Shown piece by piece: positions 1 to 9,732 of a stretch of DNA of 64,000 nt. Source of the DNA: Candidatus Marinacidobacterium sp. (lineage in GTDB: Bacteria; Acidobacteriota; Vicinamibacteria; Marinacidobacterales; Marinacidobacteraceae). The DNA lies in assembly GCA_965220965.1 (NCBI GenBank), contig OZ244852.1:1280001-1344000 (forward strand), read 5' to 3'. The first letter of the stretch is position 1, and each line of letters opens with the position of its first letter. The notes under the pieces are model-generated. The model made no database searches and was not told where the DNA came from. It worked only from the letters and a program-made list of their open reading frames with translations. The translations under genes were made by a program, and so were the position numbers.

Positions 1-2123
1 GCCGTCGCCATACCGTAGGCGCCGGCCTGGCAGAGACCGAGACCGTGGCCCCATCCGCGGCCCCGGAACCACCACTCGGTGATCCGCCCGGAGGCGTCGC
101 GGCGCGGCTCGGCGGAGAACAGGTTCTCGGAGAGACCCAGACGGGTGCGGATCGAAAACCGCTCGAGCTCGAGCTCGCCGGCGGTCCCCCGGACCAGGAG
201 GCGGGTGACCCGGCCGGAGGGACCGTGTTCCAGCGGCTCGAGCGCGACGATCTCGCCGAGCGGCCGGCCTTCCAGCCGGGCGATCCGGGCGGAGAGATCG
301 ACGTTGTTCTTCGGAACCAGCCAGGACTCCTGCGACGAGAAGCGGTCGAGCGACTCGCCGAGCTCCTCGAGGATCAGGAGGTCGGCGCGCACCGGAGTTC
401 CGTCTCCCGAGACCGGAGCGCCGTCCGATCCCGGAAGCGGACGGTAGCGGACGAAGTCGCCCGGGCGGAGGCGGAGCGCGGCCGCCGGAATCGGCGCCGA
501 CCGGGGCTCGTCGCGGCCGGGAATCCGCGTGGGGCGGACCTCCCGGTAGAGGAGCGCCCCCGGAACCGTCCGAAGCTCGTGGAGGACCGGATCCTCCCCG
601 GGGTCCGTCTCCGGCTCGACGAGGACTCCGTCGCCGCTGAACCGCCGCACCAGCGCGCGGCGCAGAAGGTCGCCCTCGAGGCGGAGCACCGCCGCGGCGG
701 CGTGGACGACGTCGCGGGGGGCCAGCGCCCGGTCCGGGTCGGCGGAGAGGCCGGCGGCGGGGAGCAGTCCCTCGGCGATGAGGCGCCCCAGGGACGGCGG
801 TCCGTCGGTCGCGACGCTGGCGGGCGCCGCGGCGCCCCCGGCCCCGGGAGCGGGACGGCACCGCAGCGCCTCGACCAGGTCAGCGAAGCCCCCCAGGCTG
901 AGAGGCCCGGTCGGAGCGTCGGCGGCGTCGCAGCGCGCAAAGCCCATCCAGTCGAGCGCGCCGCCGAAGACCCGGCGGGCGTCAGGCGCGAGGACCGGCG
1001 CCATCGAGAGGTCCCGTCGCCACGGCTCGGGAAGCTCGGCGCCGATGCGGGCGACCCCGGCTTCGAGCGGCAGCGGGTCGGCGCCGGCGACCCGCAACCC
1101 GCCCGGCTCGCGCCGGCCGGGCCGGGCGACCAGGTAGGGCGTGGGAGTCGAGAACACGTTCTCGGCGTTTTCGGTCGAGCCGCCGCACGCCGCGGTGTAG
1201 AGCGCGTCGATGAGCTCCCCGTCGTGGAGCAGGACTTCGCCTTCGGTTTCGCGCACCGCGCGGGTCGAGAGCGGGCGCTCGGCGGCGACCCCGCCGTAGA
1301 CCTGGCACGCCGGAGTGGCGCACAGGTCATAGCCGCGCTCCCGGTAAACCGGGCGCGGCGTCAGCGCGTAGGTGCGCGCCGCGAGCGCCTGCGCCTTGAG
1401 CGCCTCGATCTCGGGAAAGAGCTCCGGCGGGAGCTCGCGGGGGACCACGCCGGCCAGGTAGTCCTCGAGGTCCACCCGATTCACGACGCGCACCCCGGCT
1501 TCTCCGCGCGCGAATTCGAGCGTCCCCCGGTACGGGTCGCCGTCCCACTCGAGAAACTCTCCGGGCCGGGGTTCGGCGGTCAGGGCCGCGCCCCCCGGGA
1601 TCCGGATGGGCGAGCCCCCGAGGGGGCGGACGACGAGGGCGTCGCCGACCGGCGACGGAACCGGGAAGAGCGCCGCCGAGGCGAAGCCCAACGCTCGCAG
1701 CCGCTCCACGTCCACCGGGTCGGAACCCTCGTCCAGCGCGACGAGGAAACGCCCGCTGGCGGGAAGGCGGACCGTACGCACGGTTGCGGCGTCCGGGGAC
1801 GTCCCGGCGAAACGCTCGGCGGCCTCGCGGGCCGCCGCCCGGTCCGCGAACGAGCCCAGCGCGAGCACGCTCTCGCCGCTCTCCCCGGTCTCTGGCGAGA
1901 TCAGGGCGTCGGCGACTTCGATCCGGAGTTCCCCGGCGCGCAGGACGAAGGGCGATGGCGCCGAGACCCGGGCCGCCGAAGCGGCGTCGGCGAGTCCGAC
2001 GCGGATCGCGCGGCTGGAATCGACGGGCTGCGCCGGGGGCCGAACGCCCGCAAGCGAGACCGTCGCGAGCAGCAACGCGGTCGTTGGGCCACAGACCGGG
2101 CGGAGACCGCGAGCCCGGCTCAT
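1..2123 (-). CDS. SpoIID/LytB domain lytic transglycosylase with signal peptide and SPOR-like segment (3' end runs off the window)
   Basis: Not in the ORF track because no stop lies inside the window. Manual translation from ATG 2123 gives MSRARGLRPV..., VNRVDLEDYLAGVVPRE, EALKAQALAARTYA, YDLCATPACQVYGG and, at the window edge, GWGHGLGLCQAGAYGMA, all SpoIID motifs. The ATG abuts the upstream stop codon. Confidence 0.9.
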   Translation of the reverse strand, partial: MSRARGLRPVCGPTTALLLATVSLAGVRPPAQPVDSSRAIRVGLADAASAARVSAPSPFVLRAGELRIEVADALISPETGESGESVLALGSFADRAAAREAAERFAGTSPDAATVRTVRLPASGRFLVALDEGSDPVDVERLRALGFASAALFPVPSPVGDALVVRPLGGSPIRIPGGAALTAEPRPGEFLEWDGDPYRGTLEFARGEAGVRVVNRVDLEDYLAGVVPRELPPELFPEIEALKAQALAARTYALTPRPVYRERGYDLCATPACQVYGGVAAERPLSTRAVRETEGEVLLHDGELIDALYTAACGGSTENAENVFSTPTPYLVARPGRREPGGLRVAGADPLPLEAGVARIGAELPEPWRRDLSMAPVLAPDARRVFGGALDWMGFARCDAADAPTGPLSLGGFADLVEALRCRPAPGAGGAAAPASVATDGPPSLGRLIAEGLLPAAGLSADPDRALAPRDVVHAAAAVLRLEGDLLRRALVRRFSGDGVLVEPETDPGEDPVLHELRTVPGALLYREVRPTRIPGRDEPRSAPIPAAALRLRPGDFVRYRPLPGSDGAPVSGDGTPVRADLLILEELGESLDRFSSQESWLVPKNNVDLSARIARLEGRPLGEIVALEPLEHGPSGRVTRLLVRGTAGELELERFSIRTRLGLSENLFSAEPRRDASGRITEWWFRGRGWGHGLGLCQAGAYGMAT

Positions 2124-3467
2124 CTACTGGCCAAAGAGGTCGTAAGGGCGCTCGTTGTACCAGAACACCAGCATGATCTCGAAGTCGGCGCCGGGGTAGT
2201 CATCGGGGAGCGGGAGAAGGCGGGCGCCGCGCAGCGCCCCGACGGCGGCGTTGTCGAAACCGGGGACTCCGGAGGGAATCACGACCTGGAGCCACGACAA
2301 TTCCCCGCTCCGCAACACGCTGATCGCGATCGCCACGTGGCCCCGTTCATAGGACGCCGCATACGGGACATACCAGTTGCTGCGGACTTCGGCGATCAGG
2401 CGCGAGATCCACGGGACCAGATTCGCGCCCCGGTCGTCGTAGTAGAGCGTGTTGTTCCGGTTCGAGACGAGGCCGCCCTCCGGGTTCCGGAAGCGCTTTC
2501 CCTCCAGAAAACGCCAGATGTCGGTCGGGACGCCCTCGCGGCGGCGCTCGCGTTCGGCGAGGGCGCGGGCCCTGGAGGCGGCCATCTCCTCGGCCATGCG
2601 GCGCACATCCGCGCTGGGATCGTTGATCCGACGGCGGAAGGCGTCCTCGTCGAACAGCAGCCGGGAGTCGTCCGGATCGAAGGCCGGTTCCGCAACCCCG
2701 GCCGGCGGTAGCGCCTCCTCCTCCTCAACCGCAGCCTCGCGCGCGGCCTCGGCCTCCGCGGCGGCGACGGCCTCGGCGAGCGCGGCCAGCTCGGCGGGGG
2801 AGAGCGCGGCGCCCGGGTCGAAGTCGGTCGGGGCGCCGCTCTCCGGGTCGCTCGAGTCCGGGTCCTCCCCCATGCGCTCGTCCAGGTAGAACTCCTCGTC
2901 CTGGCCATCGGCAAACGGAAGGCTGTTCTGGAAACCGGTCGACGGGGTCTCGATCTGCGCCTCGGGAATCGCGAGGCCGGCCACCTGTTCCGGCGCCGGC
3001 GCCGCCTCTTCGGGGATGGCTTCCGGCTCGGGGACCTCCACCGGCGGAGGAACCGGAACGGCTTCGACCTCCTCGATCGGAGGCGCTTCGAAGGCGTAGA
3101 GGAGCGGCTCCCGCTCCTCGACCGCCTCGACCACGCGGGGCTCCGCTTCGGGAAAGGGCGCGAGGTCGCCGAACAGGATCACTCCCAGAAGAAGGTGGAA
3201 CGCGGCGGAGATCGCGGCCGGCGCGTAGCGGCTGCGCATCGTCGCGCCCGCGAGCACATCGGCGGTGCCGCCCCGGCTGAGCCCCTCGAGAACCGGCCCG
3301 GCGAGCGGGGCGCCGGAGCGCGCGCCCGCGGCAGTTGACGGCGGACGGCGGGAACGCCGGCGGAACGGCGGCGACGGCGCGCGGGGCGCCGGACGCGGGC
3401 GTGGCGCGTCGGAGCCCTCGGGCCCCGGCGGACGCTGGTCGAGGCCCAGCCGGATGAAGTCGCTCAT
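2124..3467 (-). CDS. TonB/TolA-family energy transducer (TM anchor, Pro/Glu-rich linker, TonB C-terminal domain)
   Basis: TM segment with SxxxH (ISAAFHLLLG), acidic Pro-rich linker, and C-terminal domain (IAEVRSNWYVP...SGVPGFDNAAVGAL...LPLPDDYP). Alternative start at ATG 3239. Confidence 0.8.
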   Translation of the reverse strand: MSDFIRLGLDQRPPGPEGSDAPRPRPAPRAPSPPFRRRSRRPPSTAAGARSGAPLAGPVLEGLSRGGTADVLAGATMRSRYAPAAISAAFHLLLGVILFGDLAPFPEAEPRVVEAVEEREPLLYAFEAPPIEEVEAVPVPPPVEVPEPEAIPEEAAPAPEQVAGLAIPEAQIETPSTGFQNSLPFADGQDEEFYLDERMGEDPDSSDPESGAPTDFDPGAALSPAELAALAEAVAAAEAEAAREAAVEEEEALPPAGVAEPAFDPDDSRLLFDEDAFRRRINDPSADVRRMAEEMAASRARALAERERRREGVPTDIWRFLEGKRFRNPEGGLVSNRNNTLYYDDRGANLVPWISRLIAEVRSNWYVPYAASYERGHVAIAISVLRSGELSWLQVVIPSGVPGFDNAAVGALRGARLLPLPDDYPGADFEIMLVFWYNERPYDLFGQ

Positions 3468-3548
3468 CGCGTCCGAGGGCCCCCCGTCACCGCGCGAGTC
3501 CCTTGCAGGATCCGCACCACGACGACGGCGCCGCGGGGAAGCGGGCCA

Positions 3549-3989
3549 TCACCCGAGCGTGAACGCGACCTCGACGACGCGCTGGGCGCCGACCTGGGCC
3601 TCGCCCTGGAATCGCGGCTGCTCATCGGGCCCGTCCTGGCGGACGACGCGAAGCTCGAGCCGGTCGCCGGGCGACACCCGGCGGCGAAACCGCACGCGGT
3701 CCACCTCCACGAGGCGCCACTCGCGGCCCGCGCCGTCGGGATGGGCGCCGAGCAGGCGCCGGGCGCACTCCGCCAGCGCCTCGACGAGGAACACTCCCGG
3801 GACGACCGGGAGTTCGGGGAAGTGCCCGGCGAAGAACGGCTCGTCCTCCGGGAACACCCGGACGGCCGAGGCGGCCGTGGCTCCGGGTTCGCCGGTCTCG
3901 CGGCGCCAGGAGTCGAGCAGCCGCCGCCCCGGCGCCGTCGCCGGGGGCGCAACCGGCCCCTCCCCGTGCGCCGGCGGAGAGCCCGGCAT
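3549..3989 (-). CDS. fabZ: 3-hydroxyacyl-ACP dehydratase, FabZ/FabA hotdog family (divergent N-terminus)
   Basis: EPFFAGHFPELPVVPGVFLVEALA and VRFRRRVSPGD motifs; lies after bamA-skp. Confidence 0.75.
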   Translation of the reverse strand: MPGSPPAHGEGPVAPPATAPGRRLLDSWRRETGEPGATAASAVRVFPEDEPFFAGHFPELPVVPGVFLVEALAECARRLLGAHPDGAGREWRLVEVDRVRFRRRVSPGDRLELRVVRQDGPDEQPRFQGEAQVGAQRVVEVAFTLG

Positions 3990-4000
3990 GGGGTTGGGGC

Positions 4001-4606
4001 CTACCCCTCGCCGCCGGTCTCCGACTGGGCGTTGAACCGGGTGATCACCTCGGCCGAGATGTCGAGCGCCGGGTCCATGATGAAGGTGAGCCCGGGGGTG
4101 ACCCGCAGGATCATCTGGATGTTGCGTTCGCGCGCGACTTCCTCGACGACCGGGCCGAGATCGGCCTCGAGGGCCTGGAAGCCGGTCGCCTGCTGCTCGT
4201 TGAACTCGCGCTGCTGATCCTCCAGCCAGCGCTGGAGGTCGGTCTGCCGCCGCTCGATGTCCCGCGTCAGGTCGGCGCGGGCCTCGGCGGAGAGAAGCTG
4301 GGATCCGGCGCGGTTCGTGAGGTCGCGGATCTCCTGCTCCCGGGTCTGGCGTCCCTGCAGGATCTGCTCCTGGAGCGCCTGCAGCTCGGCGAACATCGCC
4401 TGCCCCCGGGTGGACTCCTGGGCGACCCGGTCGATGTCGATGACGGCGACCCGGGTGGCCGCGAAGTCCTGGCCCCGGGCTTCTGGCGGAACGGCGACGA
4501 GCCCGGTCAACAGGGCTCCGGCCAGCACTCCCGCGAAGCGCGCTCCCGGCGCGCGGCCCGGCCCGTCGGGGCGAATCCTCCGGGGGCGGCGGTCGAAACA
4601 GCTCAT
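4001..4606 (-). CDS. skp: OmpH/Skp periplasmic outer-membrane protein chaperone
   Basis: Signal peptide, RVAVIDIDRV, coiled coil, and C-terminal DISAEVITRFN; directly downstream of bamA. Confidence 0.88.
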   Translation of the reverse strand: MSCFDRRPRRIRPDGPGRAPGARFAGVLAGALLTGLVAVPPEARGQDFAATRVAVIDIDRVAQESTRGQAMFAELQALQEQILQGRQTREQEIRDLTNRAGSQLLSAEARADLTRDIERRQTDLQRWLEDQQREFNEQQATGFQALEADLGPVVEEVARERNIQMILRVTPGLTFIMDPALDISAEVITRFNAQSETGGEG

Positions 4607-4672
4607 GGCTCTAGGTCAACTCCCTGAACGCTTTTGGGGGCTTCAACCCGCCGGCGGCGCCTCGCAAGGAGG

Positions 4673-7102
4673 CTAGAAGGTCGTCCCGATGCCGAAGACG
4701 AAGGCGGTGGCCCGGTGGTGGTGATCCCGGTGGGGATTGTAGGCGAAGATGAGGCGGAACGGGACGTTCAGCATCGGAATGAACACCCGCATCTCGATCC
4801 CGGTGGATGTGCGCAGGTTCTGGAGCATGTTGAAGCTCCACGCCTCATCCTCGGTGAAGGCGTTTCCGGCGTCGAAGAACAGGATCGCCCGCAGCGGACC
4901 GGCGAGCGGGATGGCGTATTCGGCGTTGAACAGCAGCATCTTGTTCCCGCCGAGGAGCTGTCCGTTCTGGTTCCGCGGACCCACCGAGCGGATGTAGAAG
5001 CCGCGGATCTGGTACTCGCCGCCGAGGAAGAAGCGGTTGTAGTAGGGGACCCCGGTCTGCTCCACGTCGAAGATGTCGATCGGCTGGCCGTCCGGCGGCT
5101 CGACGCCTCCGTAGCCGTAGAGGTAGCTCCCCATGACCCGGAATCCGAGCGAGGTCGCCCCGATGACCCGGGTGTGGGACACCGCCTCGAGCGTGGGCTT
5201 CAGGTAGTGGACGTTGCCGCCGAGCATGCCCCCCGCCACATCCATCGAGGCGGTCAGCTTCCGGCCGGTGCTCGGGAAGATCGGGTGATCCACCGTGTTG
5301 AACACGTAGGTGGGACTGATCTTGCTCTCGCGGAAGTTGCCTGACAGGCCGTAGAAGCGCGGGTCGAGATAGGTCGAGTTGTAGTAGAGGTCGTAGAGGT
5401 TCAGGACGATGTCCGGGTCGGGCTCGCGGACCGTGATGATCGAGTAGCCGTAGTTCAGGAACGTCCGCGACCAGCGTCCGATGGGGATCCCGAAGATGAG
5501 CCGGCCCCCGATGTCGTCGCGGGTGAACTCGCGCAGCTTCAGCGTCCGGCGGAACACATCGAACCCGAGCGTCACCGGCTTGTCCATGAAGTAGGGGTCG
5601 GTGATCGCGATCTGGTAGTTCTGGGTCCGCTGCCCGGTCTGGATCGTGAAGTTGGCGGTCTCGCCCCGGCCGAGGAAGTTCGTCGTGCCGAAGGACGCGT
5701 TCACGAAGAAACCCTCGAGGCCGGAGAACCCGGCGCCGAAGGTGAGCTGGTTGCGGTTCTCCTCGACGAGGTCGAGCGTGATGTCGAGACGGGTCTCGTC
5801 TTCCGGACTCGGCTGGATGTCGGGCTGCTCGATGGGGCGGAAGTAGCCGAGCTGGTTGATCCGCTGGATGGAGGCCTTGAGCAGCTCCATGTTCATGATG
5901 TCCTGCTCGTTCAGCCACATCTCGCGCCGGATCACGCGGTCCTTGGTCGTCGAGTTCCCCCGGAACTCGATCCGGTTCACGAGGAACTGGTCCTCTTCGG
6001 CGAGGTTGATCACGACATCCACGACCTTCTGCTCGGGATGCCGGCTCCAGGTGGGGAACCCGGTGAACTGGACGTAGCCCCGCGCGCCGTAGATCTCGCG
6101 CAGCGAGTCGAGTCCCTCGGTGACCTGCGACTCGTCGTAGACCTCGCCTTCGATGAGCGGGAAGTAGCTCCGCACGAACTCCGCCGGGAAGACCTCGGCG
6201 CCCTCCACGGTCACCTCGCCCACCCGGTACTGCTCGCCCTCCACCACCGGGATCACGATGTCCATCCAGCGCTTCGGGCGCTTCCAGAACAGGAACGAGC
6301 GGGAGTGGCCGTCCTCGTAGGAGAACTGCGGCGGACCGAACGAGACGTCCAGATAGCCGCGCTTCAGGTACTCCTGCCGGACGCCCTCGATGTCCTCCGC
6401 GTACTGCTCCTCGGTGTAGGTCGAACCCCCGAGCAGCGCGCCCATGGCGTGGCTCTCGCGGGTCTTCTTCATGGCCCACCGCAGCACCCAGTCGTCGAGC
6501 GCCTCGGCGCCCTCGAACCGGATGCGCCGGATGCGGATCTGCTGTTCGTCGCGGATGTTGAAGACGACGGCCACCTGACCGTCCTCCTCCGCGATCTCGC
6601 TGGTGACCGCGCCCTCGGTGCGGCCCTTGTCGACCAGCATCTCGTGGATGATCTCGCGCGCCCGGACGACCCGCTCCGGGTCGTAGGCGGCGCCCACGAC
6701 GATCTGGACGCCCTCCTCCTCGAGCTTCTCGAGGATCTCGTCGTTGTCGAGTTCCTCGGAGCCGAGGAACTGGAGGGTCTCGACCCGGGGACGTTCGTTC
6801 ACGACGAACGCCACGATCCGGCCGCCGCGCTCGCCGGGGCGCAGCTCGAGTCGCAGGTCGTCGGCGAAGCCGGTCTCCCACAGCGCGCGGAACTCCGCCC
6901 GCAGGACCTCGCGGTCCACCGGATCCCCGGGCTTGACGGTCAGATGCGCGAGCCACGCGTCGGTGGCGATGAGGTCGTTGCCCTCGATGACGACCGCCTC
7001 CACCGTCTCGACGTCCTCCTGGGAAATCAGGAGCGTGGAGGCGGCCGACGGGACCGCCAGCAGAAGCGCCATCGCGGCGTAGCGCAGGGAGTTACGGGTC
7101 AT
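4673..7102 (-). CDS. bamA: Outer membrane protein assembly factor BamA
   Basis: POTRA repeats (IEFRGNSTTKDRVIRRE), NFLGRGE, FFLGG..IRGF, and a C-terminal Phe (GIGTTF). Confidence 0.96.
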   Translation of the reverse strand: MTRNSLRYAAMALLLAVPSAASTLLISQEDVETVEAVVIEGNDLIATDAWLAHLTVKPGDPVDREVLRAEFRALWETGFADDLRLELRPGERGGRIVAFVVNERPRVETLQFLGSEELDNDEILEKLEEEGVQIVVGAAYDPERVVRAREIIHEMLVDKGRTEGAVTSEIAEEDGQVAVVFNIRDEQQIRIRRIRFEGAEALDDWVLRWAMKKTRESHAMGALLGGSTYTEEQYAEDIEGVRQEYLKRGYLDVSFGPPQFSYEDGHSRSFLFWKRPKRWMDIVIPVVEGEQYRVGEVTVEGAEVFPAEFVRSYFPLIEGEVYDESQVTEGLDSLREIYGARGYVQFTGFPTWSRHPEQKVVDVVINLAEEDQFLVNRIEFRGNSTTKDRVIRREMWLNEQDIMNMELLKASIQRINQLGYFRPIEQPDIQPSPEDETRLDITLDLVEENRNQLTFGAGFSGLEGFFVNASFGTTNFLGRGETANFTIQTGQRTQNYQIAITDPYFMDKPVTLGFDVFRRTLKLREFTRDDIGGRLIFGIPIGRWSRTFLNYGYSIITVREPDPDIVLNLYDLYYNSTYLDPRFYGLSGNFRESKISPTYVFNTVDHPIFPSTGRKLTASMDVAGGMLGGNVHYLKPTLEAVSHTRVIGATSLGFRVMGSYLYGYGGVEPPDGQPIDIFDVEQTGVPYYNRFFLGGEYQIRGFYIRSVGPRNQNGQLLGGNKMLLFNAEYAIPLAGPLRAILFFDAGNAFTEDEAWSFNMLQNLRTSTGIEMRVFIPMLNVPFRLIFAYNPHRDHHHRATAFVFGIGTTF

Positions 7103-9621
7103 GGAACGAGGGCCTCCTCGGCCAGCAGCTCGCCGGGAGCTTCTCCGGGAACTTCCTGGCCCTGGCGGATCTCGAGAATTTCCGCAGGATGAGTGGAGGG
7201 GTCGAGCGCCGATCGCCCGGGACCGGCCGACAATTCGGGAGCGTCCGGACGAAGCCCGATCTCGACCGGGCGGCCGGGCTGGACCCGCCCGGTGAGCACC
7301 GCCTCGGAGAGCGGGTCCTCGACCAGGCGCTGCAGCGCGCGGCGAAGCGGACGGGCGCCGTAGCTGCGCTCCGGCAGGACGCTGCGGACGAGGAACGCCT
7401 CGGCCTCGGGAGTCAGGCTGACGAAGAGGTCCCGCGAACGGATCTCGTCGTTCATCCGGCGCACCAGCCGCCGCAGGATCTCGGTCAGGTCCTCCTCGGT
7501 CAGGGGGTCGAACACGACGACCGAATCGAGCCGGTTCAGGAACTCGGGGCGGAACGTCTTGCGAACCTCGCCGAGGACGAGGTCGCGCATCGCGGCGCGC
7601 CGGGGGGCCTCCTCCGCGGACGCAAAGCCGAGGTGGGCCTGCCCGTGGAGGCGCCCAGCCCCGAGGTTCGAGGTCATGATCAGGATCGAGTTCCGGAAGT
7701 CCACGGTGTTGCCGAGTCCATCGGTGAGCCGCCCGTCCTCGAAGACCTGGAGGAGGAGGTTCCAGACATCGGGGTGGGCCTTCTCGATCTCGTCCAGCAG
7801 CAGCACGCAGTAGGGGTTCCGGCGCACCCGCTCGGTGAGGTGTCCGCCTTCCTCGTGGCCGACATACCCGGGGGGCGAGCCGATGAAGCGGGACACGGAG
7901 TGGCGCTCCATGTACTCGCTCATGTCGAAACGCTGGAGAGCACGTTCCGTTCCAAGCAGGAACTCGGCGAGCGAGCGCGCGACCTCGGTCTTGCCGACGC
8001 CGGAAGGGCCGAGAAACAGGAACACCCCGCCCGGGCGCTCGGGGTGCTTCAGCCCGGCGCGCGCCCGGCGGATGGCCCGGGCCACGCTCGCCACCGCCTC
8101 GTGCTGGGCCACCACCCGGTGGTGCAGCTCCTCCTCGATGCGCAGCAGCTTGCGGCTCTCGTCCTCCTCGATGGAGCCCAGCGGGATCCCGGTCCAGTCG
8201 GCGACCACTTCATCGATGTCGCGCCGGGTCACCACCGGCCGCTCGGCGTCGTCGGATTCCCAGCGGGAGCGGATCTCCCCGAGACTCCGCCGCTCGGCGT
8301 TTTCCTGTTCCTGGGCGAGCGAGGCCCGCTCCAGATCGTCGCCGGCGAGCGCGCGGTCCTTCTTCTCGCGAATCGCCTCGATCCGCATCCGGACCTCGGA
8401 GAACTCGCGGGAGAAGCGGTTCTCGCGGAGCTTGACGCGCGAACCGGCCTCATCCAGCAGGTCCACCGACTTGTCCGGCAGGAAGCGATCGGTGACGTAG
8501 CGCTCGGCGAGACGGACCGAGGCGTCGATCGCGTCGGGGGCGTAACGCACCCGGTGATACCGCTCGTAGCGCTCCTGGACCCCCCGGAGGATCTCGAGGG
8601 TCTCCGAACTGCTGGGCGGCTCGATGCGGACGCCCTGGAAGCGCCGCTCGAGGCTGCGGTCGCGCTCGATATGCCGGCGGAATTCGGCGGGGGTGGTGGC
8701 GCCGATGACCTGGATCCCGTCGCGGGCGAGCGCCGGCTTCAGGATGTTCGCGGCGTCGAGCGAGCCTTCCGCCGAGCCGGCGCCGACGAGAGTGTGCATC
8801 TCGTCCACGAAGACGATGGTGGTGGGCGACTCCTCGAGCTCCTTGATGATCGCCTTGAGGCGCTCCTCGAACTGGCCGCGGTACTTGGTGCCCGCGACCA
8901 CCAGCGAAATGTCGAGCGTGACGATCCGCTTGTCGCCGAGGAAGATCGGGCAGTCCCCGCTGGCGATGCGGCTGGCGAGACCCTCCACGATGGCGGTCTT
9001 CCCGGTCCCCGGCTCGCCGATCAGCACCGGGTTGTTCTTGGTCCGGCGGCAGAGGACCTGGATGACCCGGTCCAGTTCCACCCGCCGCCCGATGAGCGGG
9101 TCGAGCGCCCCCTCGCGCGCCGCCTGGGTGAGGTCGCGGGAGAACTGCGCGAGGAGCGGCGTCGAGGGCGCCCGCCCGGCGTCGGGAGAGCGGCGGTGCT
9201 CGTGGTCGCGCGCGATCGCCTCGCGCACCACCGCCGCCCGCACGTTCTGCCGGGCGAGCATCTGGGCCGCCGCGCTCCCCGGCTCCCGGAGGATCCCGAG
9301 AAGGAGGTGCTCGGTGCCGACGCTCTGGTGGTTCAGCCGGTCGGCCTCCTCCTGCGCGTGCTCGAGGACGCGTTTCGACTCGGCGGACAGCGGCATCCCG
9401 ACGGTCGTCGAGACGCTGTCGCGGAGGAGGGCGCGGCTCCGGACCTCGGTGCGGATGCGCTCGACCGAGAGGTGGAGGCGGTTCGCGAGCGGCGGCGGGA
9501 GCTCGCGCAGCAGCCCGAGCAGCAGGTGCTCGGGTTCGATGGAGTCCCCGCCCAATTGGGAGGCTTCGTGTCGGGCGAAGTAGATGGCCCGCTTGGCGCG
9601 TTCCGCGTAGCGCTCGAACAC
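7099..9621 (-). CDS. clpC: ATP-dependent Clp protease ATP-binding subunit, ClpC/ClpA type
   Basis: True start is probably GTG 9621 ([20 protein letters not shown]). Two Clp-N repeats, Walker A GEPGTGKT and [21 protein letters not shown], and [10 protein letters not shown]. The stop overlaps the bamA ATG. Confidence 0.95.
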   Translation of the reverse strand: MFERYAERAKRAIYFARHEASQLGGDSIEPEHLLLGLLRELPPPLANRLHLSVERIRTEVRSRALLRDSVSTTVGMPLSAESKRVLEHAQEEADRLNHQSVGTEHLLLGILREPGSAAAQMLARQNVRAAVVREAIARDHEHRRSPDAGRAPSTPLLAQFSRDLTQAAREGALDPLIGRRVELDRVIQVLCRRTKNNPVLIGEPGTGKTAIVEGLASRIASGDCPIFLGDKRIVTLDISLVVAGTKYRGQFEERLKAIIKELEESPTTIVFVDEMHTLVGAGSAEGSLDAANILKPALARDGIQVIGATTPAEFRRHIERDRSLERRFQGVRIEPPSSSETLEILRGVQERYERYHRVRYAPDAIDASVRLAERYVTDRFLPDKSVDLLDEAGSRVKLRENRFSREFSEVRMRIEAIREKKDRALAGDDLERASLAQEQENAERRSLGEIRSRWESDDAERPVVTRRDIDEVVADWTGIPLGSIEEDESRKLLRIEEELHHRVVAQHEAVASVARAIRRARAGLKHPERPGGVFLFLGPSGVGKTEVARSLAEFLLGTERALQRFDMSEYMERHSVSRFIGSPPGYVGHEEGGHLTERVRRNPYCVLLLDEIEKAHPDVWNLLLQVFEDGRLTDGLGNTVDFRNSILIMTSNLGAGRLHGQAHLGFASAEEAPRRAAMRDLVLGEVRKTFRPEFLNRLDSVVVFDPLTEEDLTEILRRLVRRMNDEIRSRDLFVSLTPEAEAFLVRSVLPERSYGARPLRRALQRLVEDPLSEAVLTGRVQPGRPVEIGLRPDAPELSAGPGRSALDPSTHPAEILEIRQGQEVPGEAPGELLAEEALVP

Positions 9622-9732
9622 TGTGGATATCTTCGGCCCGGACGGGCCGCAACACGAATTTAGCAGGGGGGCGCCCGGATGGCGGGGGATGCCGGCCGCC
9701 CGGTTTCGGCGACTTGCGGGAGACTTCGCCGC

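Noticed and set aside
45-2711. 888-aa plus-strand ORF
   Set aside because: It is the antisense shadow of the spoIID and tonB genes, which carry clear motifs. Long shadow ORFs are expected at this GC content.
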